This document shows positions 26,177-35,875 of a stretch of DNA of 64,000 bases, in pieces. The DNA is taken from contig JBJOMY010000001.1 in the NCBI GenBank assembly GCA_046052125.1, forward strand, positions 480,001 through 544,000. The letters run 5' to 3'. Each line of letters begins with the position of its first letter. The stretch's first letter is position 1. Below the pieces are notes generated by a model, which worked only from the letters and a program-made list of their open reading frames with translations, was not told where the DNA came from and made no database searches. The stretch is from Cyanobacteriota bacterium. Lineage in GTDB: Bacteria > Cyanobacteriota > Cyanobacteriia > PCC-6307 > Cyanobiaceae. Position numbers and translations under genes: made by a program.

Positions 26177-27706
26177 TCACTGTAAAGAGCCGGTTTCCAG
26201 CTCCAGCCCGGCGCGGCTGAGGTTCCAGCGGTGAATCGCCGTGGCCTGGGCGGAGCGGGCGGCCTGGAGATTGCGCTGGGCGATCAACAGCTCAGTGATT
26301 GGTGCCACTCCGGCGCGATAACGGAGCAGCGCATCCCGCACCGCTTCATCACCGGCGCGGGCCGCCGCCGCTGCGGCCCGCATCTGGGGGCCTGAAGCCT
26401 GATGGCTGGCAAACCAGGTTTCCACCTGTTGGGTAATGCTCTGCTCGGCCAGTTCGATCGCCAGTTCGCTCTGCTCGGCGCGGCGGCGTGCCAGCGCCAC
26501 CGATTCGCGCGTGAGGCCGCCATCAAAGATGGGCTGCCTTAAAGAGATCACCGCTCCCCAGTCGTAAAAGCTGCCAGAGGCATTCCCGCTGCTGTTCAGT
26601 GTTGGCAAATCCGGGCCCGAGGCGCCGTTCGCAGACACCCGCGGGGTGCTGTTGAGCACCGGCACATTCAGCCAGTCCGCATTGATTCCGCCGCCCAGCA
26701 ACAGGCCCACCTGAGGGAGCGCTCCGGCGCGGGCCACCTGCACGCGGGCCAGCTGGGCCTGGCGTTGCTTCTCCAACGCTTGCAGAGCGGGCCGATCGGC
26801 AAAGGCCTTCTCCAGGGTTGCGTTGAGGCTGAGGGGCCAGGCCGGCAGAGGCTGCAGCGGATCCGAGAGCACCACCTGTTGCTGCGGCGGCAGGTTGAGG
26901 CTGCGGGCCAGGGCGCTGAGAGCGATCTGGCGCTGGGAGCGCGCTTCCGCCAGGCCCTGCCGATCGGTTTCCACCAATGCCTCGGCCTGCAGGGTGTCGA
27001 TGCGTGCCGCCAGGCCTTCGCGGCGGATCGCACTGGCATCGCTGAGCAGACGCGTGGACACCCCCAGGGCGCTCTCCCACACCGGAATCAGCGCCTCTGC
27101 CAGCTGGGCATTGAGATAGGCGCTCACGATCGCGAAGCGGGTGCGCCGTTGCTGCTCGCTCTGCTCAGCCTGGGCGGCCTGCACACCGGCTCGGGCTGCT
27201 TGCTGCAGCGGTCCGCGGCCGAAATCAATCAGCGGCATGGTGAGCGCAAGGCCCGCATTCACAAAGGTGTTCTGCACCACCGCGTAGCCATCACCACCGA
27301 GATCGAAATTGAGATCCCCGATCGCCGGCAGGTTGGAGATGAAGCCAAAGTCCGTGCCCACCTGGGCGTAGGTGCCCAACCCCACTAAATCGAGCTTGGG
27401 CAGGAAGCGGGCCCGCGCGAGGCCCTGCAGGGCTCGGCTTTCATCGAGCTGCAGCGCACTGCTACGCAGGGCCAAGGAACGGTTCACCCCGAGCGCGATC
27501 GCCTGCTCCAGGCTCAGGGTTAAAGGGGTCTGGGTTATTCCCGCCGCATCGGGCTTTGTGGGGGCCTGAAGTTCCGCCGCATGGCTGGGCTGACTAGCGA
27601 ACGGCGCCACAAGGGGAGCCGTTGCCAGCCCAATCGCTCCGAGCCATGCCGCAGACAACCTGTAGAACGAGCGGCGAGGACGGCGGAACAAGCCTTCAGG
27701 TCGCAA
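26177..27706 (-). CDS. TolC-family outer-membrane efflux protein
   Basis: LSLEQAIALG, two OEP repeats (LPKLDL...PLIDFG and LPQV...QPIFDGG) and RYRAGVAPITELL. Start uncertain; the ORF extends to 27844. Confidence 0.9.
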   Translation of the reverse strand: MRPEGLFRRPRRSFYRLSAAWLGAIGLATAPLVAPFASQPSHAAELQAPTKPDAAGITQTPLTLSLEQAIALGVNRSLALRSSALQLDESRALQGLARARFLPKLDLVGLGTYAQVGTDFGFISNLPAIGDLNFDLGGDGYAVVQNTFVNAGLALTMPLIDFGRGPLQQAARAGVQAAQAEQSEQQRRTRFAIVSAYLNAQLAEALIPVWESALGVSTRLLSDASAIRREGLAARIDTLQAEALVETDRQGLAEARSQRQIALSALARSLNLPPQQQVVLSDPLQPLPAWPLSLNATLEKAFADRPALQALEKQRQAQLARVQVARAGALPQVGLLLGGGINADWLNVPVLNSTPRVSANGASGPDLPTLNSSGNASGSFYDWGAVISLRQPIFDGGLTRESVALARRRAEQSELAIELAEQSITQQVETWFASHQASGPQMRAAAAAARAGDEAVRDALLRYRAGVAPITELLIAQRNLQAARSAQATAIHRWNLSRAGLELETGSLQ

Positions 27707-27755
27707 GTTGCCGGTACCGTAGCCGCAGTGTGCAGCTCCCAGAGCGCTGGGCGAG

Positions 27756-28925
27756 ATGGCGGTGGTGAGCGATCGCATCCCCCAGCTGCTGCCCATGGCT
27801 GCCGTTTCTGCGCTGTGCGCGGGATGGGCGCTCTCTCCTTCCATCGCTGTGAAGGTGGAAGGCAGTGCGGTGTTGCTGCCTCCCGAAAGCCGCGTGGGGG
27901 TTTACGCGCGATCCCCCGGCCAGGTGCAGGAGTTGTTGCGCCGCGTGGGCGAGCAGGTGCAGCAGGGCGACCTGCTGTTGAGCATCAGTCGGGTGGATCA
28001 ACAGGCCGCCGGGGCTGGTGGCGTGGGCCCCAACAGCAACGCCCTGCTCGATCAGATCAAGGCCCTCGATCGCCAGGCCCAAACGATCCAATCGCGGATC
28101 GGCACCCTGCGCGTGGCCAACCAGCCGGTGGGTCTGCAGCTCAAGGCCCTGGAAACGTTGCGCCGGGATGAGGTGATTCCCCGCTACAGCCCGCTTTGGG
28201 TGGGAGCCCAGGACCTCTACCTGCGCAACAACAACGCGATTGAGGAGCTGCAGGCCCAGCTCGCTCAGCTCGGTGCCTCGCGGGCAGAGCTGCAGGCCCA
28301 GCGCAACAGCCAATCGGTGCTCTCCCCCCGCAACGGCATGCTGCTCAGCCTGAGCGTGAATCCGGGGCAGGCGGTGGTGCCCGGTCAACGGCTGGGAACC
28401 GTGGGGCTTGGCCCACGGGGCAGTGCCAATGGCGAGGAACGCACCGCCATCGCCCTGTTCAGCGATGCCGATGTGGCGCGGCTCAAGCCCGGCATGCCCA
28501 TCCAGCTCGATCTGCAGCTGCAAACCCGCGATCGCTACGGCGGCAGCTCCCAGCGCTACGGACTGGTGGAGGGCCGCATCGTTGACATCTCGCCGGCCAG
28601 TGCCGATCTGGCGGAGGTGTCGCGCGCCGTAGGCGACACGGATCTCGCCGGCAGCCTGATCGCCCGCAGCCGTCAGGCCGCCTTCGGCGAAGGGGGCGAC
28701 CCACTGGCCACCCTGCCCGAGAAGGCCACCGCGCCGGTACGCATCGTGACCCTCAGGCTCGAGCGGGCCGACACCCCCTCCGGCCTGCGCTGGAGCGGCA
28801 GCCGCGGGCCCGATCTCAGCCTGGAGAACGGCACACCTGCCAAGGGTGAAGTGGTGGTGGAGCGTCGCCGACCGCTGAGCTTTGTGCTTCCCTTCCTGCG
28901 CTGGCTGGGAGGCATGGAGCGATGA
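27756..28925 (+). CDS. HlyD-family membrane fusion protein resembling NHLP-bacteriocin secretion adaptors
   Basis: Split lipoyl-like motifs (G.VQELL..VGEQVQQGDLL; SPRNGMLLSL.VNPGQ.V), a coiled coil and the C-terminal SGLRWSGSRGP...ERRRPLSFVLPFLR. Confidence 0.82.
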   Translation: MAVVSDRIPQLLPMAAVSALCAGWALSPSIAVKVEGSAVLLPPESRVGVYARSPGQVQELLRRVGEQVQQGDLLLSISRVDQQAAGAGGVGPNSNALLDQIKALDRQAQTIQSRIGTLRVANQPVGLQLKALETLRRDEVIPRYSPLWVGAQDLYLRNNNAIEELQAQLAQLGASRAELQAQRNSQSVLSPRNGMLLSLSVNPGQAVVPGQRLGTVGLGPRGSANGEERTAIALFSDADVARLKPGMPIQLDLQLQTRDRYGGSSQRYGLVEGRIVDISPASADLAEVSRAVGDTDLAGSLIARSRQAAFGEGGDPLATLPEKATAPVRIVTLRLERADTPSGLRWSGSRGPDLSLENGTPAKGEVVVERRRPLSFVLPFLRWLGGMER

Positions 28926-29131
28926 CACCAACCCGCAGCAAGCGAGGCTCGGAGCTGCAGCGCTGGCTAAAGCCCTGGCGGCAGCCCGCCCCCTGGCTGG
29001 CCCTGGTCCTGCTGGTGATCACAGCCACGAGCCAGCCACCACGGCTGTGGTTCTGGCTGGCGCTGCTGCTGATCGTGCTGCTGGTGGGCTGGGTGCAGGC
29101 CCTCAAAGGTCCCTCGCCCCATGGCGACTGA
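28922..29131 (+). CDS. Small two-TM membrane protein
   Basis: Two hydrophobic helices; overlaps the HlyD stop and the next gene's start. Confidence 0.65.
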   Translation: MTPTRSKRGSELQRWLKPWRQPAPWLALVLLVITATSQPPRLWFWLALLLIVLLVGWVQALKGPSPHGD

Positions 29132-30284
29132 GGGCACCCCCAGCCCCCTCACGCTCGATTTGAGGGCAGCACTGGTGATCGGCCTGGCCGCCGCTCTCAC
29201 CCATGCCACCTGCGAGGGGGTGGGGTTGAGCGGGGGGTCGCTGGCCTACGGATCGCTAATCGCCGCTCTGGTGGTCAGGCCTGATTTCAGCCGCTGGCCG
29301 CCCTTGATCTACCCCGTGCTGCTGGTGCTGGTGGGGGGCTGCCTGGCGATCGGCGTCAGCCTGGGTTTGGCCCTCTCCAACGTTCCCCAGGTGTTCGTGT
29401 TCGGCCTGGTGGCAGCGCTGATGCAGCTCATCACCCTGGCCCTACCAAGCAAACTGCGCATGCTCAGCGGTGCGGTGGCCTGTGTCGGCGTGTTGCCGCT
29501 GCTGGGCACACCCAGCTGGGAAAGCTGGCGCGATGAACTCTTGGCCATCGCCCTGGGCCTGGCGATTGGCACCCTGGTGCAGCTCGTGTTCACACCCACG
29601 GAGCTACGCCACGCTCCAGCCGATCCACACAACGCTCCAGCAACCGGTGGATCCCCAAGCCAAGAACCACCCTTGGGGCAGCGCATCGCCGCCGGGTTGA
29701 GCTCGCCTTTCTTCTGGCGAAAGCTGGTGTTCGCCACCCTGGCCCTCGCCATTGGCGAAGGCCTCGGAGCCCTGACCCCGAAATACCTCTACTTCGGTGT
29801 GGTGCTGTTGCTCAACGACAGTATCGGGGCCACCTTGGCGCGGGTGCGCGATCGCATGGCGGGGGTGAGCCTTGGGGTGCTCATGCCCTTGCTGGTGTTC
29901 AACACCCTTGGGATCAGCGAGGTGTCGATCGGTTTAGTAATGGGGGGCACCGCCATGCTCGTGGCAGCCCTCAACCGCCGCAGCTATCTGCAAACAGCTC
30001 TGATTTCGAGTGGTGTGGCCTTCATCGGCTACGGCCCCCTGGTGGCCTGGTACATCCCCAACCGCTGGATCGATTACCTGATGGGTTGCGGCCTTGCCTT
30101 AGCGGTGGGTCTGCTGCTGTTCCCCAGCTCAGCGCTACGCCGCTTCAACGCCCTCAGCAACGACACCACACAGCCCGATCGCTGGGCCCAACTGCAAGCC
30201 CTCTTACCTGCTGCCAGGGAGGAGGCGCGCTGGCTCGGCCTTCCCACTCCAGAGCTGCCCACCCCCCAGCTCCCTGGGGCCTAA
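29121..30284 (+). CDS. FUSC/aromatic-acid-exporter-like inner-membrane protein
   Basis: Two multi-TM repeats; SIGATLARVRDRMAGVSLG and R.IDYLMGCGLALAVGLLLFP resemble FUSC signatures. Confidence 0.7.
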   Translation: MATEGTPSPLTLDLRAALVIGLAAALTHATCEGVGLSGGSLAYGSLIAALVVRPDFSRWPPLIYPVLLVLVGGCLAIGVSLGLALSNVPQVFVFGLVAALMQLITLALPSKLRMLSGAVACVGVLPLLGTPSWESWRDELLAIALGLAIGTLVQLVFTPTELRHAPADPHNAPATGGSPSQEPPLGQRIAAGLSSPFFWRKLVFATLALAIGEGLGALTPKYLYFGVVLLLNDSIGATLARVRDRMAGVSLGVLMPLLVFNTLGISEVSIGLVMGGTAMLVAALNRRSYLQTALISSGVAFIGYGPLVAWYIPNRWIDYLMGCGLALAVGLLLFPSSALRRFNALSNDTTQPDRWAQLQALLPAAREEARWLGLPTPELPTPQLPGA

Positions 30285-30289
30285 CCGCC

Positions 30290-30859
30290 ATGCACCGCTT
30301 GCCGCGCCGCCAGCACATCCGCCTGTCGCCCCTCGCTCTGGCAGGTCTGGCGCTGCTGATCCCCCTGGCACAGAGCGCTGCGGCCGCCACGGCTCCAGCC
30401 CACTGCGCCTCACCGGGCATCGCCCTGCAACTGCTGGTGTGCGCAGCGATGCTGATCGCCACGTGCCTGGTGCACCTCGCCGTCACCACCTTGATCACCG
30501 AGCTGAGCCACCAGCCACGGCTCATCGATTGGTGCGCGCCGAAGCCGATGCGGCGCACACTGGCGGTGTTGATCGGCGCCGGGCTCACGGCCCTGGCCCT
30601 GTTGCTCGAGATCCTGCTCTGGGCTCTGCTGATCCGCGGCTTGGGACTCCTGCCAACCCTGGAGAGCAGCTTCTATTTCAGCGGCATCACCTTCACCAGC
30701 GTGGGCTATGGCGATGTGATGTTGCCGAGCTGCTGGCATCTGCTCAGCGTGGGATTGGCATTGAATGGCCTCTTGCTGGCGGGCTGGAGCACTGCACTGC
30801 TCGTGTTTCTGGTGCAGCGCTCGATGGAGCTGAGGCTGCAACATCACAGCAAGCCCTAG
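30290..30859 (+). CDS. Potassium-channel-family (pore domain) protein
   Basis: ESSFYFSGITFTSVGYGD pore helix and selectivity filter flanked by TM segments. Confidence 0.85.
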   Translation: MHRLPRRQHIRLSPLALAGLALLIPLAQSAAAATAPAHCASPGIALQLLVCAAMLIATCLVHLAVTTLITELSHQPRLIDWCAPKPMRRTLAVLIGAGLTALALLLEILLWALLIRGLGLLPTLESSFYFSGITFTSVGYGDVMLPSCWHLLSVGLALNGLLLAGWSTALLVFLVQRSMELRLQHHSKP

Positions 30860-32067
30860 GCGGGCTGCATCGTCCAACCCTTGGGGTGTTGGTGTTGCAG
30901 ATCCATCACCTGATTGCGCCCTAAGTCCTTGGCCACATAGAGCGCTGCATCCGCCGCCTGCAGCAGCTCGGTGAGCTGCTGCCGCCCTTCCGAACCCACC
31001 TCCACCATCCCGATCGACAGGGTGAGCTGAGCTTCGCGGCCATCGGCCAAGACCCAGCGTTGGGCCGCCACCCGAGCCCGCAACCGCTCGAGCAGGTCGT
31101 AGGCCTGAGGTGCCGAGGCGGCCACCACCAAGGCAAATTCATCGCCGCCGAGGCGGCCCACCAGATCACTGCGGCGCACGGCGGCATTGAGGAAATCGGC
31201 CATGCGGCGAATCACCTCATCGCCAGCGGCGTGGCCATAGCTGTCGTTGATGGTTTTGAAGTGATCGATGTCGATCAACGCCACCACCAGCCGCTGCTCC
31301 CCTAGCCCGGGCATGGCCAGCCGCTGGCCAGCCGCCTCAAGGAAGGCCCCGCGGTTCATCACACCGGAGAGGCTGTCGGTTTGCGCCAGGCTGATCAGCT
31401 CCGGCAACAGCTGACGGCGCACCACCAGCACCAGCGCACCGGCGGTGAGGAACAGGGGGAGCAGGCCGGCCACAAACACCACGCCGATGAGCTGCGCCGC
31501 CTGCCCCACCAGCGGCTGCAGATCCATCTCAATCACCAGCAGGCCCTGCTTGCCAAACGCCGGAAGACCCTCCAGGGCCAGCGGCGTGGGCAACACGCGA
31601 ATCATGTGGTCGCCACCGATGAGGGGCACGGGGCCATCCACCAGGCTTGAGCCCTGATCCCAGTGACAGAACCCGCCAGCGCGGAAGGTGAAACAGGCCG
31701 AAAGGTGCTTGGGCAAATCCCCCAAACCATCCCCCTCTCCGAGCTGGCGAATGTTGCGGCCCACTAGGGCGTTATCGCTGGCCGCCAGAAGACGGCCGCT
31801 GCGATCGAGCAGCAACGCCGAGCGCAACTCCCGCGAAGAGGCTGCCAGCTGCAGCTGGCGCTGCACCTCGTACACCGGCTGGAAGCTGGTGACGCTGCCC
31901 GCCAGATCCCGCTCCAAGGTGCTGGCGTGCTTTTCGGCCTCCTTCAAGGTGGCCTGAAACACCAACACGCCGCTCACGCTGGCGAGCAGCGTGGAGCCGA
32001 GCGCAGCCGCCGCCAGGGCAATCACCAGCAGGCGGCGATTCACACGCTGGTGCAGGGGGCCTTTCAT
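30856..32067 (-). CDS. Membrane-anchored diguanylate cyclase (2 TM, periplasmic domain, GGDEF)
   Basis: DSLSGVMNR, IDIDHFKTINDSYGHAAGD, RxxD I-site (RRSD) and intact GGDEF; ATG 32067 overlaps the upstream TGA. Confidence 0.92.
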   Translation of the reverse strand: MKGPLHQRVNRRLLVIALAAAALGSTLLASVSGVLVFQATLKEAEKHASTLERDLAGSVTSFQPVYEVQRQLQLAASSRELRSALLLDRSGRLLAASDNALVGRNIRQLGEGDGLGDLPKHLSACFTFRAGGFCHWDQGSSLVDGPVPLIGGDHMIRVLPTPLALEGLPAFGKQGLLVIEMDLQPLVGQAAQLIGVVFVAGLLPLFLTAGALVLVVRRQLLPELISLAQTDSLSGVMNRGAFLEAAGQRLAMPGLGEQRLVVALIDIDHFKTINDSYGHAAGDEVIRRMADFLNAAVRRSDLVGRLGGDEFALVVAASAPQAYDLLERLRARVAAQRWVLADGREAQLTLSIGMVEVGSEGRQQLTELLQAADAALYVAKDLGRNQVMDLQHQHPKGWTMQPA

Positions 32068-33035
32068 GGCACAAGCTCCGGCGCCAGCGTGGGCAAGGGC
32101 ACGCCATCGGGCAAGCGATCGGCCTGGCGCATCTGCTGCTCGAGCAAGCGCATCGTGCGCTGCAGCGGACCATCGGCCGCCAACAGGGCAGCCTGCTGCG
32201 CCTGGTTGGGGTAGCGAATCAAACGCTGCGAGCGCAGGAACTCCTCGGGGGTGACGCCCTGGCGCTGCGCCATCAACTGCACGGCCTGCTTGGGCTGTTC
32301 CTTTGCGAAGGCACGGGCCGCCCACCAGGTGCGCACCAGGGCGGAGACCAAGCGGGGATCGCGGCGATGCAGATCCGGACTCACCGCCAGCACATCCACC
32401 ACCTCACCGGGAATCTGGCTGGAGCTGAACAACACCCGCCAGCGCGGATCGCCGATCAGGGCATCGCTATGCGGGGCGTAGGTGACGATCGCGGCCAGCG
32501 CGCCCCGTTGCAGCTGAGCCACCAGCGCCTTGGGGCCCTCGTAGCGCAGGTTGAGATCGTCCAAGGTGAGCCCATGGCGCTGGAGGGCACGCAGCAGTAC
32601 AAACTCGCCGAGCACGCTGCGCTCCAACCCCACCCGTTGCCCCTTGAGCTCAGCCGGCGATTGCAGGCGGGCGGCTCCAATCAGCTGGTCGGCACCGTTG
32701 GATTCGTCCAGCACCAACACGATCAACGGGCAGCGCGCTGGCGCCTCCCGGCAGATGGCGATCGCCTCGGGCAGGGTGGTGGCAATCGCCTCCACATCAC
32801 CGCGGCTGAAGGCACGGCGTTGATCCTGCAGCGAGCCGAACTGTTCCACCTGCAGGTTGAACCCAAGCTCACGATCCAGCCCCTTCTTGCTCGCGAAATA
32901 GAAGTATTCGTAGGCCGGCCAATCGATGATCGCCAGCCGCACCTGCTGCTGACGCCAGGAGGCCACACAGGCACCCAGGGCCAGGGAACTGCCCAGCACA
33001 GCCACCAGCGCCGCAATCCGCCGCCGTTGTTTCAT
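32064..33035 (-). CDS. NitT/TauT-type (SsuA/THI5-like) solute-binding lipoprotein
   Basis: LALGAC lipobox; DWPAYEYFY, VLDESNGAD, LKGQRVG and SSQIPGEVVDVLAV motifs. Confidence 0.85.
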   Translation of the reverse strand: MKQRRRIAALVAVLGSSLALGACVASWRQQQVRLAIIDWPAYEYFYFASKKGLDRELGFNLQVEQFGSLQDQRRAFSRGDVEAIATTLPEAIAICREAPARCPLIVLVLDESNGADQLIGAARLQSPAELKGQRVGLERSVLGEFVLLRALQRHGLTLDDLNLRYEGPKALVAQLQRGALAAIVTYAPHSDALIGDPRWRVLFSSSQIPGEVVDVLAVSPDLHRRDPRLVSALVRTWWAARAFAKEQPKQAVQLMAQRQGVTPEEFLRSQRLIRYPNQAQQAALLAADGPLQRTMRLLEQQMRQADRLPDGVPLPTLAPELVP

Positions 33036-34024
33036 TGGGCCGCCTCCGCAAAGCGTGGCGTTACAGCGGGAACCGGTGCGGCAGGGGAGGTGAGCTTGAG
33101 GCGCGCCTGCACCTCCTGAACGGCCTTCAGGTTGCGGGCCAACACCCCACCGGGCTGAAGCATCGCCTCCTGCTGCTTGAGGCTGAAGTACACCAATCCC
33201 TCCTCCGCCCGGCGGTATTCCTCAACGCTGAGTTGCTCTCGCTGCGCGGCGATTGCAAGCGCTTTGGCTGGATCCTGACGGGCCGCCTGATGGGCCGCGG
33301 CCCAGGCACGCACCAACGCGGTCACCGTCGCGCCATTGCGCTTGAGGTAGGCGGGATCGACCGCCAGCACGTCGAACACTTCACCAGGAATGGCGCGGCT
33401 ATCGAACAGGGTGCGCGAAGCCCCATCGCGGGCGGCGTAATCACTGAACGGCGGGAAAAACACCGCCGCCTTCACCTCACCGCTACGCAGAGCACTGGGC
33501 ATCTGCGCCAGGGGAATGTTGCGCAACTGCACATCGGTGAGAGTCAACCCGTGCTGCTCCAGCGCCCGGCTGAGCACGTAGGGCCCCAGGGTGGAGAAGG
33601 TGACCGCCACCGGCTGCCCCTTCAAAGCTTGCAAGGACGGAACAGACTTGATCGCCGCGATCTGATCGCCACCGCGGGATTCATCCAGGATCAGCACAAT
33701 CACCGGACAACGGCTCGGCGCCCTGGCGCAGAGGTCGACCGCCTCCACCGTGGTGAGCTGTGCCAGCGGCACATCTCCGCGCAGGTAGGCATGCACGATC
33801 GCCTGTGGATCAGGAAACTGCAGCGGCTTGATCGTGATGCCCGCGCGCTGATCCAGGCCGAGCTTGTGCGCCAGGTAGATGTACTCGTAACCAGGCCAGT
33901 TGGACACCGGAACATCCACACTCGCCTGCCGCCAGAAGCACCCGCCGAGCGCCCCCAGGGCCGCCGCTATTGCAACGCCGCCGCCAAGGCGGTGCAACAA
34001 CGATCGCCAGGCAGGTGCATCCAT
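33032..34024 (-). CDS. NitT/TauT-type solute-binding protein (paralog of the downstream gene)
   Basis: NWPGYEYIY, ILDESRGGD, LKGQPVA and DSRAIPGEVFDVLAV motifs. Confidence 0.85.
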   Translation of the reverse strand: MDAPAWRSLLHRLGGGVAIAAALGALGGCFWRQASVDVPVSNWPGYEYIYLAHKLGLDQRAGITIKPLQFPDPQAIVHAYLRGDVPLAQLTTVEAVDLCARAPSRCPVIVLILDESRGGDQIAAIKSVPSLQALKGQPVAVTFSTLGPYVLSRALEQHGLTLTDVQLRNIPLAQMPSALRSGEVKAAVFFPPFSDYAARDGASRTLFDSRAIPGEVFDVLAVDPAYLKRNGATVTALVRAWAAAHQAARQDPAKALAIAAQREQLSVEEYRRAEEGLVYFSLKQQEAMLQPGGVLARNLKAVQEVQARLKLTSPAAPVPAVTPRFAEAAQ

Positions 34025-34127
34025 GCCTAACTCTAGGAAAGGCCACCTGAACGGCAACCATGAAAGCCCCTGGGTGCCCTGTTGATCTGCTCCCTAAGCT
34101 GCGAGCAACAGGCGCGGCCGGGAGAGC

Positions 34128-35843
34128 GTGATCGAGCCGCTGAACGAGCTGCTTGAGCAGGCGGAGCACTTCCAGGAGTGCGGGAGCTGGCGGGTCGACC
34201 ACAACAGCGGCGCCATGCTTTGGTCGCCGCAGACCCATCGGGTCCTGGAGAGCGATCCAGCACTCGGAAGCAGCTTCGAGCTGCTGCTGGAGCGTGTTCA
34301 CCCAGAGGATCGCAACCTCGTGGCCGCCAGCGTGCGCCAATCGTGGCTGAGCGGCCAACCGTTTCAACTGGAGCACCGCCTCCAACTAAGTGATGGGCGT
34401 GTTGTGTCCGTGCTGCATCGCGGTGAAACCAGCTGCGACGATGACGGTCGCGCCCTGTACACCATCGGCACGCTACAAAACCTCAAGCACCAGCGCAATC
34501 TGCAGCTGGAGCTCGAGCACGCTATCCACACCGACAGCATCACCGGCCTCCCGAATCGACAGGCTTCAATTCGCTACCTCGAGCAGCGCATTCGCGAGCT
34601 TCCTTACAACCAACAGATCGCGATCCTCTGCCTGGATCTCGATACCTTTCAGGGCATTAATGACAGTTTTGGCGTTGAGATCGGCAATCAACTGCTCCAT
34701 TGGACCGGCGAGCATCTGCGCCTGTTCCTGCAACCCACTGATTGGCTGGCCCGCCTCGACAGCGACACCTTTCTGGTGGTGCGCAGCGCCAACATCACCA
34801 GCCTGTCCGACGCGCTGAACCTGGGCGCGCAACTGCAGAACTGGCTCCACCAGGTGGTGCCGCGGCTGGAGACACCTCTACCCATTCAGCTGAGCGCCTG
34901 CGTGGGGGTGAGCATCGCGCCCGACCACGGCAGTGAAGCCTCTGGCCTGTTGCAGTGGGCCAACACGGCGTTGATGGAAGCCAAGCGCCAGGGCAAGGGA
35001 TCCCTGAAGGCCTATTCCACAGCAATCAGTCAGGCCATCCGTGACAACCTCGATCTCGAGCAACGGCTGGCCCGGGCGATTGAGCGCCAGGAGCTGCAGC
35101 TTTATTACCAACCGCAATGGGATCGCCATCGGCGCTTGATCGGCGCTGAAGCGCTGCTGCGCTGGCAGCCCCAAGGCCGGGAGCCTGTTTCACCAGGCCG
35201 CTTTATTCCCCTGGCGGAGCAGAGCGGCCTGATTCACACCCTCGGCCGCTGGGTGCTCGAGCAGGCGATCCAACAGCTGAGCCAGTGGTCGCTGGCGGGA
35301 CTGGAGCTGCCCCTGCTGGCGATCAACGTGTCGGGTCACCAACTCGACCCCGACCAGGAGCAGCTCGATCAGGAGCTGCTGCAGCTGTGCGAGCACTGGA
35401 GTGTTCCGCCTCAGCGCCTGGAGGTGGAACTCACGGAAACCGCCCTGATCGGCAATCTCGACGCCGCCGCTCGCACCCTCAACAGCCTCGCCGCCGCCGG
35501 CGTGAGCCTCGCGATCGACGACTTTGGCACCGGCTTTTCCTCCCTGGCCAGCCTGCAACGCCTACCGCTGCATCGCTTGAAAATTGATCGCTGCTTCGTG
35601 AGCGATCTGGCCAGCAATGCCTCCGATCGCAGCATCGTGAAAGCAACGATCCTGATGGCCCATGAATTGGGGCTCACCTGCCTGGCTGAAGGCGTGGAAA
35701 TCGAAGAGCAGGTTCAACATCTGCTGAGCTTGGGCTGCGACAGCTTCCAGGGCTACCTGCTGGGCAAACCGATGGCCGCCGCCACCTTTGAGGCCCTGCT
35801 GAGCAGCCCACAAAGCACTGACAAGCCGAAACAGCCTGCCTAG
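34128..35843 (+). CDS. PAS-GGDEF(degenerate)-EAL c-di-GMP phosphodiesterase
   Basis: PAS (VHPEDR); GGDEF site reads DSDTF; EAL domain with YQPQ, AEALLRW, ELTET, DDFGTGFSSL, LKIDR, AEGVE and QGY intact. Confidence 0.9.
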   Translation: MIEPLNELLEQAEHFQECGSWRVDHNSGAMLWSPQTHRVLESDPALGSSFELLLERVHPEDRNLVAASVRQSWLSGQPFQLEHRLQLSDGRVVSVLHRGETSCDDDGRALYTIGTLQNLKHQRNLQLELEHAIHTDSITGLPNRQASIRYLEQRIRELPYNQQIAILCLDLDTFQGINDSFGVEIGNQLLHWTGEHLRLFLQPTDWLARLDSDTFLVVRSANITSLSDALNLGAQLQNWLHQVVPRLETPLPIQLSACVGVSIAPDHGSEASGLLQWANTALMEAKRQGKGSLKAYSTAISQAIRDNLDLEQRLARAIERQELQLYYQPQWDRHRRLIGAEALLRWQPQGREPVSPGRFIPLAEQSGLIHTLGRWVLEQAIQQLSQWSLAGLELPLLAINVSGHQLDPDQEQLDQELLQLCEHWSVPPQRLEVELTETALIGNLDAAARTLNSLAAAGVSLAIDDFGTGFSSLASLQRLPLHRLKIDRCFVSDLASNASDRSIVKATILMAHELGLTCLAEGVEIEEQVQHLLSLGCDSFQGYLLGKPMAAATFEALLSSPQSTDKPKQPA

Positions 35844-35875
35844 CTTGCAGGCAGAACTGTGATGCAGCTGCACCA

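Noticed and set aside
29611..29641. 10-bp direct repeat ACGCTCCAGC in the FUSC-like gene
   Set aside because: It encodes a low-complexity APA linker and the frame is intact; not a target-site duplication.
34024..34128. c-di-GMP riboswitch in the divergent gap of the signalling module
   Set aside because: No GEMM-like conserved motif was recognisable and the gap is only about 100 bp.
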